A DNA stretch of 64,000 bases, taken from contig OX597834.1 of NCBI GenBank assembly GCA_951406725.2, positions 31,000,001 through 31,064,000 of the forward strand, given 5' to 3'. This document shows, one piece after another, positions 25,330-39,904 of this stretch. Position numbers and translations under genes: made by a program. Each line of letters opens with the position of its first letter. Within the stretch, counting starts at the first letter, position 1. Source of the stretch: Octopus vulgaris. Lineage: Eukaryota. The notes under the pieces are model-generated. The model saw only the letters and a list, made by a program, of their open reading frames with translations, was not told the DNA's origin and ran no database searches.

Positions 25330-25882
25330 CTAATAAAGAAAATATATAAACGGAAGAATAAGCCATTCAGCGACGTGCAACCAAGAGAATACCCTCCATC
25401 AGGCATTTGCCATATTCTGAACACCTTACTTCCCTGGGCATGGATACATTGAAACTCCGACGTCTGGCAGCTGACTTGGCAGACACCCATAAAATTATTA
25501 ACCATCTTACAAACAATAACTCTGAGCACCTTTTCAAACTCCATCTGTCTAACACCTGTGGACACGTTTACAAAGTCAGAAAACAGCACAGCTCCCATGA
25601 CTTTCGGAAACATTTTTTCACGCTAAGAGTTGCTAAAGCATGGAACAAACTGTCGGCATTAGTTGTTAGTTGTCGGAGCACTGCATCCTTCAAAATTTTT
25701 ATACTTCCTGAAATTTGCCAACACTACACCTGATTTTCTCCACTCCATACACACACAAGCATGTATCTGACTCATACACTGTTCGCTTTCCAGACATTTG
25801 TACATATGCTTTATACACACTTTTGACCAAGTTGTGGTGCACCTGAGCACTGTATACAATAATTTCATTATTATTATTATTA
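25330..25882 (+). pseudogene. CR1-group LINE 3' fragment
   Basis: PYSEHLTSLGMDTLKLRRLAADL..TCGHVYKV..RKHFFTLRVAKAWNKL..STASFK is the CR1/L2-group RT C-terminus, followed by an (att)n tail. Confidence 0.85.
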
Positions 25883-26069
25883 TATAAAGATAAGTGATGA
25901 GGCAGTTAATATTGGAAAGAAAACCAAGCTTGGTTTTCCAGCAGACGATCAGAAACAAGCAACCCTGATTCCTGGCAATTGGAACCTTTCAGTTATAATG
26001 TATTCAGGAATACTCAACATTTGTATTGAGTACTATCATTTATTGCTTCTGGTGAATGAACAGAATAGG

Positions 26070-26425
26070 AATGGTAAGAAGTTTGCTTCCCAACCACATA
26101 ATTCCAGGTTCAATCTCACTGTGTGACACCTTGGGAAAGTGTCTTCTACTATAGCCTTGGGCCGATTAAAGCCTTGTGTGTGGATTTGGTGGACGGAAAC
26201 TGAAAGAAGCCCAATATGTGTGTATCTTTTTGTTTGTGTTCGACCGCCGCCACCGCTTGACATCGGGTGTTGGTTTGTTTACGTTCCCGTTGCTTAGCGA
26301 TAGACTAAGTGCCAGACTAAAAAAGATAACAAGTACTGGGTGCAATTTGTTCGACTAAAACTCTTCAAGACGCTGCCCCAGCATGGCCGCAGTCCAGTGA
26401 TTGGAACAAGTAACAGATGAAAAAT
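26070..26425 (+). mobile_element. SINE family A (diverged)
   Basis: Same head, body and tail as 6152-6546. Confidence 0.8.
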
Positions 26426-26519
26426 AAAAAAATATATATCTAGACGTAGAGAGAGAGAAAGAAAGAAAGAAAGAGAGACGTATGCATGTGTATGTGTGTG
26501 TGTGCGTGCGTGCGTGCGT

Positions 26520-26591
<72 letters not shown>

Positions 26592-26943
26592 GTGTTGTGA
26601 CTTTGTGTAGTCTTTCTGTCAACTTAACCGCGCTTACGTTACGGGAAAAATGTCGATATTGTCTCTTCGGACCATCCATACTTGCGAGTGACTTACTTGA
26701 TTGCCTCCCTTACATCCAGTGTATGCGTATTTATGTAGAAGAGTGCAAATGCGTGTGTGCATGTGCGTACATGTGTGTGGGTGTGTGCATGCGTACGTGT
26801 GTATGTATGTGTACTAGTATCTATCTATCTATCTATCTGTCTATCTATCTGTCTATCTCTTTCTCCTCGCCCCTCCTGAGTGAGTTATGTTGATGCAAAC
26901 AGGAAAAATAGAACTCAAAATACAACTCAATGGTTATTAATAA

Positions 26944-27326
26944 CTAGCAGTGTCACCCGGCGTTGCTTGGGTTTGTTTCCACCCTTTAGAATTGGAATTT
27001 TTGAAAAGTAAAAATTGTGCATGATGTAGCTTGTTATTCTCTTTAAGTGAACATTTTTCTGGTTGAAATACACCGAAAAATGGCGACACGGCAGTTAAAA
27101 AATCGTAAAAAAATCGGGATTTTCATAGGAAAAAAAAGCACCTTTTTGATGTAAATAATTTTTGGTGTTAACATGGTCCGATTTGAAGGAAGAGCAAGCC
27201 TTCTTCTATCATACTCTCAATTTTGGTCAACTTGCGCCGCAGGGTCTTGGAGGAGATAGTGTTAGTTGAAGGCTACCAAACCTGCCATACACAGACAACT
27301 TCAACTTTATATATATAGAGAAGAGA
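26944..27326 (-). mobile_element. Non-autonomous Helitron, second family
   Basis: Minus strand A|TCTCTTCTCTATATATATAAAG ... aaacccaagcaacgccgggtgacactgCTAG|T. The termini are like the 20655 family but the interior differs. Confidence 0.85.
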
Positions 27327-27391
27327 TTAGCAGAAATAATAGAGCGACTCGAGGTCCGAGAGTTTCGTGCATTGGCGCTTAGCAATATATA

Positions 27392-27579
27392 CTCTCTTTT
27401 ACTTGTTTCAGTCATTTGACTGCGGCCATGCTGGAGCACTGCCTTTTAGTCGAGCAAATTGACCCCGGGACTTATTCTTTTGTAAGCCCAGTACGTATTC
27501 TATCGGTCTCTTTTGCCGAACCGCTAAGTGACGGGAACGTAAACACACCAGCATTGGTTGTCAAGCAATGCTAGGGGGA

Positions 27580-27657
<78 letters not shown>

Positions 27658-27797
27658 TACGACAGGCTTCTTTCAGTTTCCGTCTACCAATTACACTCAC
27701 AAGGCATTGGTCGGCCCGGGGCTATAGCAGAAGACACTTGCCCAAGATGCCACACAGTGGGACTGAACCCGGAATCATGCGGTTGAATAGCAAGCTA
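27392..27797 (-). mobile_element. Full-length SINE family A
   Basis: Reverse complement of 6152-6546. Confidence 0.9.
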
Positions 27798-28487
27798 CTT
27801 ACCACACAGCCACTCCTGGTCGTAAAAATTATATAAGTGACTTAAGGGCCGAGAGTTTCGTGTTTGGCCCTTAACAAATGGTCATTAAGTGACTCATGTA
27901 ACCTTGCAGCCAACGACTTACTAGAAAAGATTAGAATATTGAGTGAAGCCTAGTAACTAGTTAATCTAGCAAGTGGGGGCCCTCATTTCAGTGAGGGCTG
28001 GGGGCGGGGGAAGCATGCAATGATGCTATCGAGAGAATGGACCTGAAACTGTACATTCTCTCCTGGTGACCCCATAAGCCTGCTAGGGTCTGGGATGAGG
28101 AGCTGCAATTTGTTTGCAAATATTCATTCATTCATCCATCCATCCATCCATCCATACATACATACATACATACATACATACATTCATACATTCATACATA
28201 CATACATACATATTTACATACATACATGCATGCATGCATACATACAAACATACATACATACATACCTACCTACATATATACATACATACATACATACATG
28301 CATGCATGCATGCATGCATGCATCCATCCATTCATACATACATACATACATACATATATACATACATACATCCATCCATCCATACATACATACATATCTA
28401 CATCCATCCATCCATCCATCCATTCATCCATCCATACATACATACATACATACATACATACATACATACATGCATGCATATGCCTCC

Positions 28488-28790
28488 TAGCAACTTTGTT
28501 AAAAGGTGGGTGAATGTGGCAAGAATGGTCTGATTGAATGGGCTTATTCTAAACATGTGGCTGTCAACAATATGGAAAGGGCACTTTTTCTTGAGTAAGG
28601 GCCTCTGTAGTTTTGTGGAGTTTCTATGAGCAGCCATAGGAAAGTCTCCCTCTTTTGCGGAATTTATTTTTTGTTAGAATTTATATTTTGTTTACTTTTT
28701 GCATGCCATATTTATGTAACTCCATATTGTATTGCCTTGTACCGTCCTCAGTATTTCTTGCAAAACCTTAATGGTCAATAAAGAAAATAT
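28488..28790 (+). mobile_element. Possible L1/Tx1-type 3' end
   Basis: ORF end NFVKRWVNVARMV* (FxxRW motif), a T-rich UTR, then AATAAA and an A-rich end. Confidence 0.4.
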
Positions 28791-28802
28791 TATTATTATT
28801 AT

Positions 28803-29015
28803 GGCAGTGAGCTGGAAGAGTTGTTAGCAAACTAGGTAAAATGCTTCATGGCATTTCGTCCATCTTTACGTTTTGAGTTCAAATTCCATTGGGGTTCACT
28901 TTGCCTTTCATCCTTTCGGGGTCAATAAATTAAGAACCAGTGAAACACTGGGGTCGATGTAATTGACTAGTCCCCTCCTACCAAATTTCAGGCCTTGTGC
29001 CTATAGTAGAAAAGA
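28803..29015 (+). mobile_element. SINE family B variant
   Basis: ggcagtgagctgg head and ctttgcctttcatcctttcggggtc body. Confidence 0.8.
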
Positions 29016-29316
29016 TTATCATTATTATTGTTGTTATCATTATTATTATTATTAAGTACCAGTTGTACACTGGGGTTGATGTAATTGACTATCTCCCTCC
29101 CCTAAAATTGCTGGCTTTGTGCCAAAATTTGAAACCATTATGATGTGATGATGATGATGATGGTGATGACAGCAGCAATAAGCTGTATTACATGGTTGTT
29201 GCTATCATCCAACATGTAGCAAGCAATCCAAGAGACAGGTAACTCTCTAGTGTGAGAAGGTTCATTCAACACAGTCACACATGCAAGATGTTCAGGATGA
29301 GTCTATATTAAGTATT

Positions 29317-29636
29317 GTGAGGGCGCGTGGCTTAGTGGTTAGGGCATTCGGCTCATGATCGTAAGGTTGTGAGTTCGATTCCCGGCGATGCGTTGTGTCC
29401 TTGAGCAAGACACTTTATTTCACGTTGCTCCAGTCCACTCAGCTGGCAAAAATGAGTTGTACTTGTATTTCAAAGGGTCAGCCTTGTCACTCTCTGTGTC
29501 ACGCTGATTATCCCCGAGAACTACGTTAAGGGTACACGTGTCTGTGGAATGCTCAGCCATTTGCACGTTAATTTCACGAGCAAGCTGTTCCGTTGATCGT
29601 ATCAGCTGGGACCCTCGTCGTCGTAACCGACGGAGT
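29317..29636 (+). mobile_element. tRNA-derived SINE family C (CORE-like body)
   Basis: A box gtggcttagtggtta, B box gagttcgattccc, and CORE-like tgtgtccttgagcaagacactt. The 3' tail is shared with 34307-34485. Confidence 0.85.
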
Positions 29637-30438
29637 CAGAGAAAAATATTAATTATTTCAAGATTGTATGTTGTTTTCTTGCTTTGATATAATAGAATAA
29701 ATAAAACAAATGAACAAGAAAGAGAGAGAGAGAGAGAGAGAGGGGGGGAGAGAGTCATTAGTGTGCTTGATGCCTCTGTAGGTGAGGTAATAATAATTAT
29801 GATAGTGGTCAGAGGCAATAAATAGTCATTATAACCGACAAATCAATGACATTTTACTTTTACATCAGTCAGAATAATTAAGCAGATTAATCATTAACCT
29901 CACCTGAACTCTATGCAATTATTGTTGTTGTTGTTGTTGTTGTACCTGCTGTGGTTGTTGTTGTTATTGTTGTTGTTGTTGTTGTTGTTGTTTGTGTCTG
30001 GACTTTGTGAAGTAGGAAGTATTCACCCCCTCCCACCCTAAATGGGGGAATAGATGAAAAGACCATAATTAATTGCTGGCTGGATTGATTAATGGTTTGA
30101 ATTCTTAGACAGCTGGTTTAAGAATTTGTCTTCAGACATTCTGGTTTAATCCAGTCTTGGACAAACTGCAGCGGCCGGCAGGGCTTTCTAAATGAACACG
30201 CCTAATGAAAAATTACCTAAAATTTCTTTCGTAGTGCTGTCCATGTGATGATGACCCATGTCTCATGTGGCACACTTCTTGAAAAAGGACACGCATGCCT
30301 GGTTTAGACAATCAGCACCGTTTCACATCTGTCTTCCTCACTGTCACTATGGAGCTCAATTCAATTTTTGCACCTTTTTGGATCCTATCAAAACGTCCAA
30401 CCCATGCCAGCATGGAAGACAGACGTCAAATGAAGATG

Positions 30439-30509
<71 letters not shown>

Positions 30510-31253
30510 CTTCTGTCTGTCTGTCTATCTATATTTCTTTCATTCTCTCTTTCTTTCTTTCTTTCTTTCTTTCTCTCTCTCTCTCTCTCTCTCGCTTTCT
30601 TTCTTTCTCTCTTTCTTTCGTTATCCCTCACTTTAAACTTATGCACATGTACACGCACATACATACATATAATGCGTGTCGTTTATATTCCATAGCATGT
30701 TATAACTCCTGCATCTTACTTCTTCTTCGTCTTCTTCTTCTTCATCTTCTTCTCCTCCCCTCCGCCTCCCCTCTACACTTTGTATGTGGCTTGCACAAGC
30801 ATGTGCATATGTACATACACACACACACAAAAAGCACACATATATCCATACGAATACTATGAGCGTACATGCCTCTGTGTGCATGTGCATCGTCGATCTG
30901 CGTGTGTGCATGTCTGCGTACCATTGATTATTGGTAAGCAGCAGCAAAGCGGAGAACCGCATCCAAGATCTAATGGAACGTTTGTCACATTGCAACATTT
31001 TCCTTCTCCATGTGGGACTGCACCGATACATACATGTATACACATGCACACATATGTGCAAACAGACATGCATATAGACATGTGTACATGCATGCACATA
31101 CATACATATGCATATACATATACATTTGCATGTGTGTATATGTTTAAATATATGTAATATATACATGTATATATGCATGTATGTGTATGTATGTATGTAT
31201 ATATACATATACATATATGTATATGCATATGTATATATATATATGTGTGTGTG

Positions 31254-31284
<31 letters not shown>

Positions 31285-31371
31285 GTATATAAGTATATAT
31301 ATATGTATACATATATATCTATATATATATATACACACACACACAATACACACAACACATACATGCACACA

Positions 31372-31415
<44 letters not shown>

Positions 31416-31661
31416 AATATACACACACACACATTTATATATACACACATTTATATATACATATGAAGAGAGATAGAGGGATGTTGAGGGAGACATAACT
31501 AGCAAGTTGTTCATGTGGAAACACATGGCATACTGTCTCTGTATACATATCATACGATCGGGTGTCTGCAAATCTGTGCATGTGTGTGCATGCGTCTGTC
31601 TGAGTGTAAAGTGCACCAGTTTTAACTAGCAGTTTAGTCATGTAGAAATATTGGCACACTC

Positions 31662-31769
<108 letters not shown>

Positions 31770-31827
31770 AAAGTCTCTTTCTCTCCCTCACTTTCTCCCT
31801 CTCTGTCTCTGTCTGTCTCTCTCTCCC

Positions 31828-31988
<161 letters not shown>

Positions 31989-32086
31989 TACGTATATATA
32001 CACATATATACATATGAATATGTAGATATGTGTATTGGTGTGTGTATGTGTATAAATAAACAAATAAATACATATATTTGTGTGTG

Positions 32087-32125
<39 letters not shown>

Positions 32126-32137
32126 ATATGTATATGT

Positions 32138-32179
<42 letters not shown>

Positions 32180-32508
32180 ATGTATATGTATATGTATATA
32201 TATGTGTATATATATATGTCTATATTGACATACACATAGCATCAATGACTGCACTGCAGCTCTCGTAGGGCATTGACATTGTGCATTTGCAAGGTTTTGA
32301 GGTCATATGCTGCAAGGTTCCTGTTTGTTCGTTGAGGTAACTCATTTTCAGTGCAACAAAACAATTGGGCCGGTAATTGAACCTCTAGCTGTACGAACAT
32401 GAGTCTAATACTTTAACCACTGGACCATACACATGCTTAGACACATGCACATATACATACATACATACATACATACATGCATACATACATACATACATAC
32501 ATACATCC

Positions 32509-32540
<32 letters not shown>

Positions 32541-32596
32541 TCATATATATATTCACACATATATATATATGCATAAAGTGTGTGTGTGTTTGTGTC

Positions 32597-32620
32597 TTTA
32601 TATAATATTAATAATAATAG

Positions 32621-32654
<34 letters not shown>

Positions 32655-32668
32655 AATAATAATAATAG

Positions 32669-32719
<51 letters not shown>

Positions 32720-32728
32720 TAATAAATG

Positions 32729-32799
<71 letters not shown>

Positions 32800-32813
32800 A
32801 ATAATAATAATAG

Positions 32814-32864
<51 letters not shown>

Positions 32865-32891
32865 TAATAAATGATAATAATAATAATAATA

Positions 32892-32927
<36 letters not shown>

Positions 32928-32939
32928 GTGATGATGATG

Positions 32940-32976
<37 letters not shown>

Positions 32977-32985
32977 GTGATGATG

Positions 32986-33022
<37 letters not shown>
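32597..33022. repeat. (TAA)n/(TGATAA)n microsatellite
   Basis: Directly visible. Confidence 0.97.
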
Positions 33023-33023
<1 letters not shown>

Positions 33024-33059
33024 CAAGTAAAAGAATAAAACAATATATATATATATATC

Positions 33060-34050
33060 TGACCACCTCCTGTACCAACATCTTAGATCTATCATGGCAT
33101 CTGATGTGGGGTTTTTTAAACCAGGCAATGTATTGAAAAGACACCCACATAAATTGCATAACCAATTAAGGACCACCAAGAGTTGCAGTTAAGTTCTGAC
33201 TTTGTGGATCTTAAAATGTCTTTTGCGGCCTCTGTTAGATTTGCAGACCTTCTGACATACATGGTGTCGAAAGGTGTGCACAGATATATATAGGCAGAAT
33301 AGTTGGTGGAGGTTCGTTTTTCATGGGTCCACAAACGAGATTTGAGCCCAGCAAAAGAAGGGCATAGTCTGTCACAAACTGTGCATACAAAAAGGTCGTT
33401 GTGATTCACCTTCTTGATCGCTACATTCTTCTTTAAATCTCTGTTGAGTCTTGCATGTGTCATCCTGGCCTTCTCAAACACTTTTACTCCATTCCACACT
33501 TTGCTCTCCATCCAGCTCAATGTGAAGCAAGGGTTTCTATGGCCCTTGGATCCATTCCAAGTGACTTCATGGTAGTCCTTATGCTGTCCTAAAACCCCCT
33601 TTTTAGGTTTACACCAATTGTGTTTCCTCTTTGCAAACTCACCATGAAACAGCTGGTTGTGTATGCATTCATCTGCCATTCGAACAATATGGCCAGACGA
33701 TCACATTTGGTTTTTCAGAATCATTGCTTTACTTGAAGTGATGCCTGCAGACACAAAGACATCTGTATCTGGAGTAAAAACACCCCATTTAATGTTTAAA
33801 ATGTGGCAAAGGCATTTTTGGTGGAATCATTCCAGCAATTCGAAATGTCTTTCATAACACATCCATGTATGAGAAGAATACAACAGAAATGGTAAGACAA
33901 ATGATTTGTAAAGAGCCAATTTTATGTTGTTATTTATATGTCATTGGCACTAAAAGTGTGACTGCAAACCACCAAATGCTTGTGCTTCCCTGTGCATTTG
34001 CAGATGTATTTCATTGTCCAGATTTCCATCATTTTGTACACAGCTTCTAA
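33060..34050 (-). pseudogene. RTE-BovB-like LINE 3' fragment
   Basis: GHIVRMADECIHNQLFHGE..CKPKK..WNGVKVFE..FVCTVCDRLCPSFAGLKSRLWTH (C-terminal zinc-finger-like end). Heavily frameshifted. Confidence 0.8.
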
Positions 34051-34306
34051 GGTAGGTGAAAGATTAACTTACCTATTTCTTTACTACCCACAAGGGGCTA
34101 AACACAGAGGGGACAAACAAGGACAGACAAACAGATTAAGTCGATTACATTGACCATGGGGCGTAACTGGTCCTTAATTATCGACCCCGAAAGGATGAAA
34201 GGCAAAGTTAACCTCAGCGGAATTTGAACTCAGAATGTAACGGAAAGAGTAACTTACCCTTAAAAAAAGTTTTAGGGGGATTACCAACAGCCTTTTGCCT
34301 TTCCTC

Positions 34307-34683
34307 ACTCCGTCGGTTACGACGACGAGGGTTCCAGTTGATCCGAATCAACGGAACAGCCTGCTCGTGAAATTAATGTGTAAGTGGCTGAGCACTCCAC
34401 AGACACGTGTACCCTTAACGTAGTTCTCGGGGATATTCAGCGTGACACAGAGAGTGACAAGGCCGGCCCTTTGAAATACAGGTACAACAGAAACAGGAAG
34501 TAAGAGTGAGAGAAAGTTGTGGTGAAAGAGTACAGCAGGGATCACCACCATCCCCTGCCGGAGCCTCGTGGAGCTTTTAGGTGTTTTCACTCAATAAACA
34601 CTCACAACGCCCGGTCTGGGAATCGAAACCGCGATCCTATGACCGCGAGTCCGCTGCCCTAACCACTGGGCCATTGCGCCTCC
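34307..34683 (-). mobile_element. Full-length tRNA-derived SINE family D
   Basis: Head ggaggcgcaatggcccagtggttagggcagcggactcgcgg..ggtttcgattccc, with a tail nearly identical to family C. Confidence 0.85.
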
Positions 34684-34984
34684 TCATTACCAACAGCACC
34701 ACAAGCAAGTTGAATCATTACAACTGTTCTTTTCAAGTTGATGGTCAAGCCAGAACCACCACAAGCAGTGTCAAATGCAGACACAAGAGATTGCGGGCCC
34801 ATTTCAGAGTGAATAATTAGATCGCAATCATCAGTGTATAAGAGTCCCCTAATGAGTGAAGAAAAAAGCCTTTGTTTCGAATTTAATCTGGTCAGATTAA
34901 AAACATTCCCTGTTGTTCAATCTCTTCTTTACTCCAATTTCCATGGCAAAAGATTCAGAGAGGCTACCACCAAAATTAATTCTA

Positions 34985-35048
<64 letters not shown>

Positions 35049-35865
35049 GTATATGTGTGTGTGTGTGTATATATATATACACACATATATTTATGAATCT
35101 GCTTAGCCACAGATGTACCAATAACCAGTTGTTAGAACCAAATATTCTATACATCTGTATATATGTATGTATATTATCCTCATTGTGTATCTAAGTTTTT
35201 TTTGTATGTCTGAACATATATATGCACATATCTGTCTGTACTCTATGAATAAATACAATATATATGCATATGTATGTTTGTCTATGTGTGTGTGTGTGTA
35301 ACATGTGTTTACCATGTGTGTATATGTGTGTATGTGTTTATGTATGTGTAACTGGATGTTCATATGTGCGTGTAATTACATGCGTTTATATGTATATTTG
35401 CATTTCTGTGTGTGTGTGTGTGTTTGTATATGAGTCTCTGTGTGTAATTACATAGTCTATGTGTGTGCGTGCGTGCATGTGTGTGTGTATATGTGTGATT
35501 GCTTATGCTTCTATCTATATATGCATGTTGTGTGTGCATGTATGTGTATGTGCATGTATATATTTTGTGTATATGCTTTTGAGCATGTGTTCATAGATAT
35601 ATTGATAAAATACCAGATGGCAGCCAAAAGAGAGAGAGGAAGAAAGGAAGAGACAGAAAGAGAAAGAGAGAGAGTAAGAGAGAGTAAGAGAGAGGAAGAA
35701 AGGAAGAGATTGAAAGAGAAAGAGAGAGTAAGAGAGAGAGAGAGTATTGAGTAAATTACCAATTGTGCAAACACATCTATTGATATAACATCAAACGGTG
35801 CTAAAGAAGGCAGCTGGGGCATGCATCTCTCCACTGAACTGCACTAGGGCTGCACAATAACAACC

Positions 35866-35901
<36 letters not shown>

Positions 35902-36056
35902 AAATATATACACACACGTACATATACATACACATACACACACACATATATATATGTATATATCTGTACAGTTTCTCTTCCTCTCACCTCTTCTCATCTT
36001 TTTCCTTCTCTCTTTCTCTCTCTGTCACTCTGTATATGCATGTGTGTATAATATGC

Positions 36057-36117
<61 letters not shown>

Positions 36118-36130
36118 CGTGTGTGTATGA

Positions 36131-36166
<36 letters not shown>

Positions 36167-36856
36167 GTGTGTGTGTGTGTGTGTGTGTTTGTGTCTATAT
36201 TTATAAAGTGCATGTGAGCATGTGTGTGTGTGTGTGCATGAGTTTATTGATCTTCATAGTCAGCCACGATATCGAAAAATAATAAATAAAATGGTAGTTA
36301 GAATATTTAAAAGTATTCGATACCTTTGACTGATCATGTGACCAATGACACTAATTCATTTTTTGTCAAGCAGCAGAAGGCAGTTCTGCTTTGAAGTTTA
36401 TCAGCAGGAATTTTGACATATACCCGCAGGTTGAGAGAAGCTCAGATTTCTTTGTTTGTGAATACAGAGAAACTGAAGGATAATTGTAAAACTTCCTTAT
36501 GAAACAGATTTGTAAAACTTATTCTTTTATTCTTTTATTTGCTTTAGTCATTAAACCAGGGCCATGCTAGAGCACCAACAGCTTTGAAAAGTTTAGTTCA
36601 GTAGGGGTCCATATAAGGTTTTCTTGTTAAAATTTATGTGTAATATACTGGTTCTATTTGTACTATACACAAAATATTTTAATTTTTGTTCTATACAATT
36701 TAATTATAAAAATATGATAATATGGTTTTTGAAACACAGATGAGTGGCAATGACTAGTGACCAAGACTAGTGTAATTGAGTCATCCCCTCCCTCAAACTG
36801 AGTAATTGAGTCATCCCCTCCCTCAAACTGCTACCCTTGTGGCAAAATTTGAAACA

Positions 36857-36898
<42 letters not shown>

Positions 36899-38300
36899 GG
36901 AAAAAATATTTTGTGGCAGCTCTTTCTGTTCTGAGTTCCAATACTGCCCAGGTAAGCATTACGTTCTGTCCTTTCGGGGTTGATAGAATAAAGTACCAGC
37001 TGAGTCCTGGGGTAGATATAATTACTAAACTCTACTCAAAAATTTCTGGGCTTGCGTCTATGTTATAAAATAAAATTGTCATTATCATCATCATCATCAT
37101 CATCATCATCATTACAACCTCCACCACGGCTACCACCACCGCCAGCAACGGCAACAACAACAACAACATCAGCAACACCGTTATCATCACCCTTTCCCTC
37201 TTCACCATTATTATCATAATCACCACCACCACCACCACCACCACCACCACCACCACCATCATCGTCACCACCATCATCATCATCATCATCGTCGTCATCA
37301 TCATCATTGTTCTTGTTGCAACATACTTGGGTGTTGACCCAGCCTGCGTGTGCCTTTCTGAAACATGCAATGCAGCAGAAAGTGATGACACAAGAAATTG
37401 TGTCTGGGACATGTGTACTGCATAGCATTTGAAGAATAGGAGGTGGAGGGGGTGCAGGTGAAGGGTGGAGGGTGGGGTGGACTGGGAAAGAAAAACATTC
37501 ATCATTATTTTCATCGGCACCACTGTCATCATCATCATCATCATCATCATCATCGTCGCCATCAGAATCGCCACCAACACCATCACCCACTGTCATCATT
37601 GTTGTTCTTGCTGTCGTTGTCGTCATAATTATTATCATCATTTTGTTGCCATCACCACCACCACCACCACCACCACCACCATCGTTGTTGTCGTCGTCAT
37701 TATCATCATCACTACCACAACCACTACCACCACCATCACACCACTACTATCATCATCATCATCATCACGACAAGCATGACTACCACTAGATTCAGCCCTT
37801 CCCATCATCTTCACCACCACCACCACCACTATTAATTCCACCCCCATCATCATCACCATCACCATCATCGTCATCATCCCACTACCACTATGAGTTCTAC
37901 CTCAGCCACCATCATCATCACCATCACCATACCACTAACACCATTTCCACCTGCACCCTTGACATCTCCACCAGGCCACCACCACCACCACCGCCACTGC
38001 CGCCGCCGCCACCACCACCACCACCACCATCACTACCTATATTGTTCATTGCTGTCACAGCAAAACAAACAAACAAACAAACAGAAAAGAAAAAGAAAAC
38101 AACTCGTGCCATGCACTTTATGACCCTTTAGATCTGATTTCGAATCCCATCAAGTTCAACTTAGTTGTTTGTTCCTTCAGAATTGATAAAATAAGTACCA
38201 GTAAAATATTGGGTGCCAAATTAAATGGCAGGATCCAACCACAAAATGCACAAGGGTGAGTTACAAAACAGCTGTGAATTTACATGGAATATTCTTTTCT

Positions 38301-38586
38301 ACTGGGGGTGGGGTGTTACTGACGCTTATAGCCCCAGGAGATCAACGTCACCAGCTGGCCTTAGACACAATGTCAGTGCCCTTGTGTTATTTGCAAAGGG
38401 AGGTCATCGTCCCTCGAAAACCTAAGTGATACATACGGAAACTATAGTCCGTATGAATCACTTAGGTTTTCGAGAGAGGATGACCTCCCTTTGCAAATAA
38501 CACAAGGGCACTGACATTGTGTCTAAGGCCAGCTGGTGACGTTGATCTCCTGGGGCTAAAAGCGTCAGTAAGACCCCACCCCCAGT
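38301..38586. repeat. 286-bp near-perfect palindrome (foldback, MITE-like)
   Basis: Arms 38301-38439 and 38448-38586 are reverse complements with about 5 mismatches, centred on ctatag. Confidence 0.95.
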
Positions 38587-39610
38587 GGCTAGCCACATTC
38601 AGATAGCTAGTACACTTTACGTTCTTTTCTACTCTAGGCCCGAAATTTTGGGGGAGGAGGCCAGTAGATTAGCTCGACCTAATGAAAGGCAAAATCAACC
38701 TCGGCAGAATTTGAACTCAGAATGTATAGACATGAAATACCACTAAGCACTTTGCCCAGTGTGCTAACGTTTCTGTGAGTTCGCTGCCTTGATTTACATG
38801 GATTATTGCGTGGAATTTGATACCAGACAAACCCACAAGACTGACAGACAAAGAATATAAAACATATGCATTAGGAAGGCCACAGTCTGAAAAAAAAATT
38901 TTTTTAAACCAATCAGAGAATTGCTACGTCCATCTTAGACTGACCTTTCTATCAGAGGACAGTCCGCTCTCTGTCTCTCTCCGCAAAATTCTGACCACAA
39001 CTTAACAGACACAGTCTCCCAGGAAGGCTTGAATGCTCTAGTCACAGTCCATTGTTGCTACCCTCACCCCACCTTTTAGATAATTAACTTGCGGTGGTAG
39101 GGGTAGAAGCAGGGGTAGGATCAGGGGTGGATGTGTCGTTAGCAATAATATAATTAAACACAAATGAAATCTTAGATTTGAATCCAAGAACTTTTACAAG
39201 TTCCATTTTTTTTTACTTCATTTTTGTTTGTTTTGTTTTTCTTTTTGCTGTCTTTGAGTCTAAACAATATCAATGTAACCAGATATGTTAACCTGATGAA
39301 GTCTATTTGCCTTTAGAAGTAGATTTCTTTGTGTTTGCTGTCTAGGATACTATGGTATTGGTGTTGATGTTGTTGCTTTTAATGGTGGTGTTTAAACCCC
39401 CACTCCATGCACGCCCCCCCCCCGATCCAATTGACTTATGATCAAAAGTGTGTTCAAGATGGAACCATCCCCCTTTTCCCTTTTTTTTTTCTGTATATCT
39501 GGGAAATAGATTGCTCAAAGTATCCTTCCTTATTGCAGATTGTAGGGGTGAGTGATTTATTTGATGGAGATTTAACTGCTATTTCTAGCAGGTTGGGCAA
39601 TCATATAGAG

Positions 39611-39859
39611 CAGTGGTTCTCAAGCAGGGTCCTTGTCGGTCTGGATAAAATTTTGTTATTAACACTTATGTGTAATAAATTGAAGATACATCCACAATTT
39701 GCAAAATAATTTAACAATTTTTCTATACAATTTCTAATAATATTTAATTAAAATAAATATAAAAGGATTTTTTTCCAACATCAAGTGGCTATAGGGGTCC
39801 ACCCTAGTGGAAAAAGGAATTAAAGGGACCCATAGGCAAAATATGGATGAAAACCCCTA
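39611..39859. mobile_element. hAT (Charlie-like) MITE
   Basis: TIR cagtggttctcaa / tgaaaacccct, with an 8-bp TSD atatagag / atataggg. Confidence 0.75.
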
Positions 39860-39904
39860 ATATAGGGGCCCTCTTACTTGATCCTATCATCTAAAAGATG
39901 CTAT

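Noticed and set aside
29317-29390. tRNA-like sequence
   Set aside because: It is a SINE head: no acceptor stem or terminator, and it continues into a repeat body.
30136-30200. Acceptor-like ttcag followed by a GC-rich stretch
   Set aside because: All frames stop before any donor.
30639-31616. Longest ORF (325 aa)
   Set aside because: Mostly (TA)/(CA) repeats that lack stops in this frame.
36371-36429. Possible micro-exon AEGSSALKFISRNFDIYPQ
   Set aside because: Weak donor (CAG|gttgag) and no recognisable homology, so it is not supportable without RNA-seq.
39293-39340. CTGATGA followed by a hairpin
   Set aside because: No GAAA after the stem.
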